Source: a virus
Taxonomy: Duplodnaviria > Heunggongvirae > Uroviricota > Caudoviricetes
Strand: one strand, 5' to 3'
IMG/VR virus record: IMGVR_UViG_2617270964_000009
Length of the DNA stretch: 37,718 nucleotides
Shown here: piece by piece, positions 35,489 to 37,718 of the stretch
How positions within the stretch are numbered: position 1 is the stretch's first letter
How the letters are laid out: every line of letters begins with the position of its first letter
The notes under the pieces: generated by a model
Seen by the model: only the letters and a program-made list of their open reading frames with translations
Database searches by the model: none
Told to the model about the DNA's origin: nothing
Translations under genes and position numbers: made by a program

Positions 35489-35497
35489 GGGCGCGGC

Positions 35498-35803
35498 ATG
35501 ACACGGAACACCGAACTCACCCGCACCGCCCTCTACCGTCTGGCCCTGCAGCGTTTCGGTCCGGATGCACAGGCCCTGAAACTGACAGAAGAGGCCGCTG
35601 AACTGGCGGCCAGTGCTGCCCGCAACCTGAACGGACAGGGCAGCGAAAGTGACCTCGCGGCAGAGCTGGCAGACGTGGAAATCATGACAGAGCAGCTGCG
35701 CCTTCAGGGGATGGACCGGCTGATTGACTTCCACAAACAGAAAAAACTGGAACGCCTTGCCGCACGGCTGGGCGTCATGTACACCGGAGATACTGAACAA
35801 TGA
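35498..35803 (+). CDS. MazG-like nucleotide pyrophosphohydrolase domain protein (101 aa)
   Basis: TEEAAELAASAAR ... SDLAAELADVEIMTEQL matches the paired EExxE / ExxD metal-binding helices of the MazG/HisE all-alpha NTP-PPase fold; GAGGG Shine-Dalgarno. Confidence 0.5.
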   Translation: MTRNTELTRTALYRLALQRFGPDAQALKLTEEAAELAASAARNLNGQGSESDLAAELADVEIMTEQLRLQGMDRLIDFHKQKKLERLAARLGVMYTGDTEQ

Positions 35804-36483
35804 CAGACCAGGATAAACACATTGAGAAACTGAAAAAGTTGCTGGCGCTGGCCGCATCCGGCAACCCTCACGAGGCCGCTCTGGCACTGCGCCGCGCCCG
35901 TAAACTGATGGATGTTCACGGCATCACACATTCCGACATCGCCATGAGTGATATTGATGAAACCATCAGTCACTACTGGCCGACAGGCAGCCTCCGTCCG
36001 CCGCGCTACATGCAGGGCCTGATGAACATCATCCGCGAGGCATTTGGTGTTAACTCCATCATTCACCCCGGCACATATCCGGGTGTGGGGTTCTACGGCA
36101 ACCGGGAACGGGCCGCACTGGCCGCGTACACCTGGGAAGTGCTGGCCCGTCAGCTGAAAAAGGCGCGTCAGCAGTATATCAGTGCACAGAACAAAAGAAT
36201 AAAAACCGCCACCCGCACCAGCCGTGGAGACCAGTTTGCTGAAGGCTGGGTGCTGGCCGTTATCAGTGAAATACAGTCCTTCGCCTTGACCGATGACGAA
36301 CGTGAACTGATGCAGCAGTGGCTGGAACATAAATACCCGCAGACGCAAACCACCAGGGCGCGTAAACCGGGAAGAAGTCGCAATGGCGACGCCTCGCGCT
36401 ATGCGGGGTTTCGAGAAGGGCAGAACGTCAGACTGCACCGACCGGTCAGTGGGCGGGAACAGCAGAAACTGGAGGCCAGATGA
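35800..36483 (+). CDS. Hypothetical early protein (227 aa), DUF2786-like N-terminus
   Basis: N-terminal HIEKLKKLLALAASGNPHEAALALRRARKLMDVHGI motif; start overlaps the upstream stop; preferred over the antisense ORF 35704..36438. Confidence 0.45.
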   Translation: MTDQDKHIEKLKKLLALAASGNPHEAALALRRARKLMDVHGITHSDIAMSDIDETISHYWPTGSLRPPRYMQGLMNIIREAFGVNSIIHPGTYPGVGFYGNRERAALAAYTWEVLARQLKKARQQYISAQNKRIKTATRTSRGDQFAEGWVLAVISEIQSFALTDDERELMQQWLEHKYPQTQTTRARKPGRSRNGDASRYAGFREGQNVRLHRPVSGREQQKLEAR

Positions 36484-36710
36484 TTACGTTATCAGGTAAC
36501 AGCCGGAAATTAAAAGCCTGCCGAATATCTGCCAGATACCTTTTTGCCCGCGCCTTTTTTAAGAACGTCAGGCCGGGGATCACAATTGGTGTTATTGCCG
36601 GACGCGAACAGGTTGAAAAATACATGTCAGGTGCATGGTGGAATAAAGACCCTGTCATTGCTGCCCGTAATATTCATATCAGTTGGGGGGATATTCAGAA
36701 TGACGGCTGA
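36480..36710 (+). CDS. Hypothetical small protein (76 aa)
   Basis: GGAGG Shine-Dalgarno; translationally coupled. Confidence 0.35.
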   Translation: MITLSGNSRKLKACRISARYLFARAFFKNVRPGITIGVIAGREQVEKYMSGAWWNKDPVIAARNIHISWGDIQNDG

Positions 36711-36915
36711 ATCTGTTGTATGTGCCCTGTTCTGGTATTGTTTTGTCGGTTGGTGTACTGCTGAACTGCACCGCCGTTCAGGGTTTTATTCACGTTACAG
36801 TGGTGCCGGTTACTGGATTAGCTGGTCGGTGATGTTCCTGTGCTGGCCTGTGGCACTTCCTTTATATGTCGATTATATCGGTGATGCAGGCAGAAGGAGC
36901 AACGATGATGACTAA
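36700..36915 (+). CDS. Small membrane protein (71 aa)
   Basis: Start ATG 36700 after a GGGGG Shine-Dalgarno; two hydrophobic helices (VVCALFWYCFVGWCT, ISWSVMFLCWPVALPLYV). Confidence 0.4.
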   Translation: MTAESVVCALFWYCFVGWCTAELHRRSGFYSRYSGAGYWISWSVMFLCWPVALPLYVDYIGDAGRRSNDDD

Positions 36916-37357
36916 ACAACGTCTTATCCAGCTCATTCATATTGCCCGTAATGAACTGGGTATGGATGAAGACAGCTACCGCCAGATGTTACAGGGGCTG
37001 ACCGGTAAAGCCTCAACCAAAGGAATGGATACCACACAACTAAACTGCGTGCTGGAATCCATGAAAAGGAAAGGCTTTCGCGTTAAGCCTGCCGGAAAAG
37101 CCAGCTCCGGTTTACCGCTGGATAACCATCCGCAGTCCAGGAAAATCCGTGCGCTATGGCTTGAAATGGCTGCTGCCGGCATTGTTCGTGACCGTTCAGA
37201 AAATGCATTAGCGCGGTGGATCAAGCGGGAAACGGGCATCAGCGCCCTGCGCTGGCTCAATACTGAACAGGCAAGCAGTGTTATTGAGAAACTGAAGAAG
37301 TGGCAGCGCAGAGCTGCGGGAGTAAAACATGAGCGACCTGAATCAGTTTCGAAGTAA
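36905..37357 (+). CDS. gemA: GemA-like regulatory protein (Mu gp16 family)
   Basis: KQRLIQLIHIARNELGMDEDSYRQMLQGLTGKAS...QLNCVLESMKRKGF follows the GemA N-terminal pattern; AGGAG Shine-Dalgarno; immediately precedes mor. Confidence 0.65.
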   Translation: MMTKQRLIQLIHIARNELGMDEDSYRQMLQGLTGKASTKGMDTTQLNCVLESMKRKGFRVKPAGKASSGLPLDNHPQSRKIRALWLEMAAAGIVRDRSENALARWIKRETGISALRWLNTEQASSVIEKLKKWQRRAAGVKHERPESVSK

Positions 37358-37718
37358 AGGGCCGGAACTCCTGGTGGAACTGGCACAGCATACCTCTGAG
37401 ACCGTTCGCGAGATTATTGATATTGAGCCCGCAATTGCCGACCAGATTGGTCAGGCCGTCGCGAACCGCATGATGCAGGTCTGGGGCGGGCAAAACGTTT
37501 ATTTCCCGATGGGCATGGTATGGAAGGTCAGTCAGCGCGATCGGGAAATCTTCAGGGAGTTTAACGGACGTAACCACCATGAACTGGCCCGCAAATTTGG
37601 TGTTTCGCTTCAGTGGGTCTACAGCGTGGTTAAGCGGGTAAGAAAAGAAGAACTGGATCGGATGCAGGGCAAGCTATTTGCTGATGAACCCGATGTAGAT
37701 ACGGAGAAAAAAGAGTAA
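37329..37718 (+). CDS. mor: Mor-like middle-operon transcriptional activator (Mor/C family)
   Basis: C-terminal GGQNVYFPMG...FNGRNHHELARKFGVSLQWVYSVVKR matches the Mor/C HTH region; GGGAG Shine-Dalgarno; the window ends at its stop codon. Confidence 0.8.
   Translation: MSDLNQFRSKGPELLVELAQHTSETVREIIDIEPAIADQIGQAVANRMMQVWGGQNVYFPMGMVWKVSQRDREIFREFNGRNHHELARKFGVSLQWVYSVVKRVRKEELDRMQGKLFADEPDVDTEKKE

Noticed and set aside
35324-36438. Minus-strand ORFs 35324..35887 (187 aa) and 35704..36438 (244 aa)
   Set aside because: Antisense to a chain of translationally coupled plus-strand early genes that have good RBSs and recognisable motifs (MazG-like, DUF2786-like).
1-37718. CRISPR arrays, tRNA or rRNA genes
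   Set aside because: No short direct repeats with unique spacers and no tRNA-like or rRNA-like sequences were seen; the only tandem repeats are in-frame coding repeats in the fibre and tape measure genes.

Overview
This window reads as Mu-like transposable-phage DNA in two oppositely oriented blocks. Calls rest on reading the supplied translations, start-codon/RBS context and repeats by eye; no database search was run. (1) Positions 1-25314, minus strand: a complete late/morphogenesis module running lysis -> terminase -> portal/head -> sheath/tube -> tape measure -> baseplate -> tail fibre, ending in a Gin/Hin-family DNA invertase beside an invertible-looking tail-fibre segment with two alternative fibre C-termini and two tail-fibre assembly genes. 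(2) Positions 25315-27777: a junction with cargo genes of unknown function and a Dam-type N6-adenine methyltransferase. (3) Positions 27778-29607, minus strand: a low-GC island holding a CI-like repressor followed in the same operon orientation by a ~297-aa protein and a 4-TM ~145-aa membrane protein, an arrangement that mirrors lambda cI-rexA-rexB. This is the strongest candidate for an uncharacterised defence/exclusion system here. (4) Positions 29696-37718, plus strand: a Mu-type early region (ner-like, DDE transposase, AAA+ transposition ATPase, Gam, small ORFs including a MazG-like protein and a zinc ribbon, GemA-like, Mor-like). Other notable points: in-frame tandem repeats in the tail fibre (168 bp) and tape measure (261 bp) genes, a frame-split tail chaperone, an embedded Rz/Rz1 spanin pair, and the divergent late/early architecture, which is not Mu-colinear. 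No rRNA, tRNA or CRISPR array was recognised.
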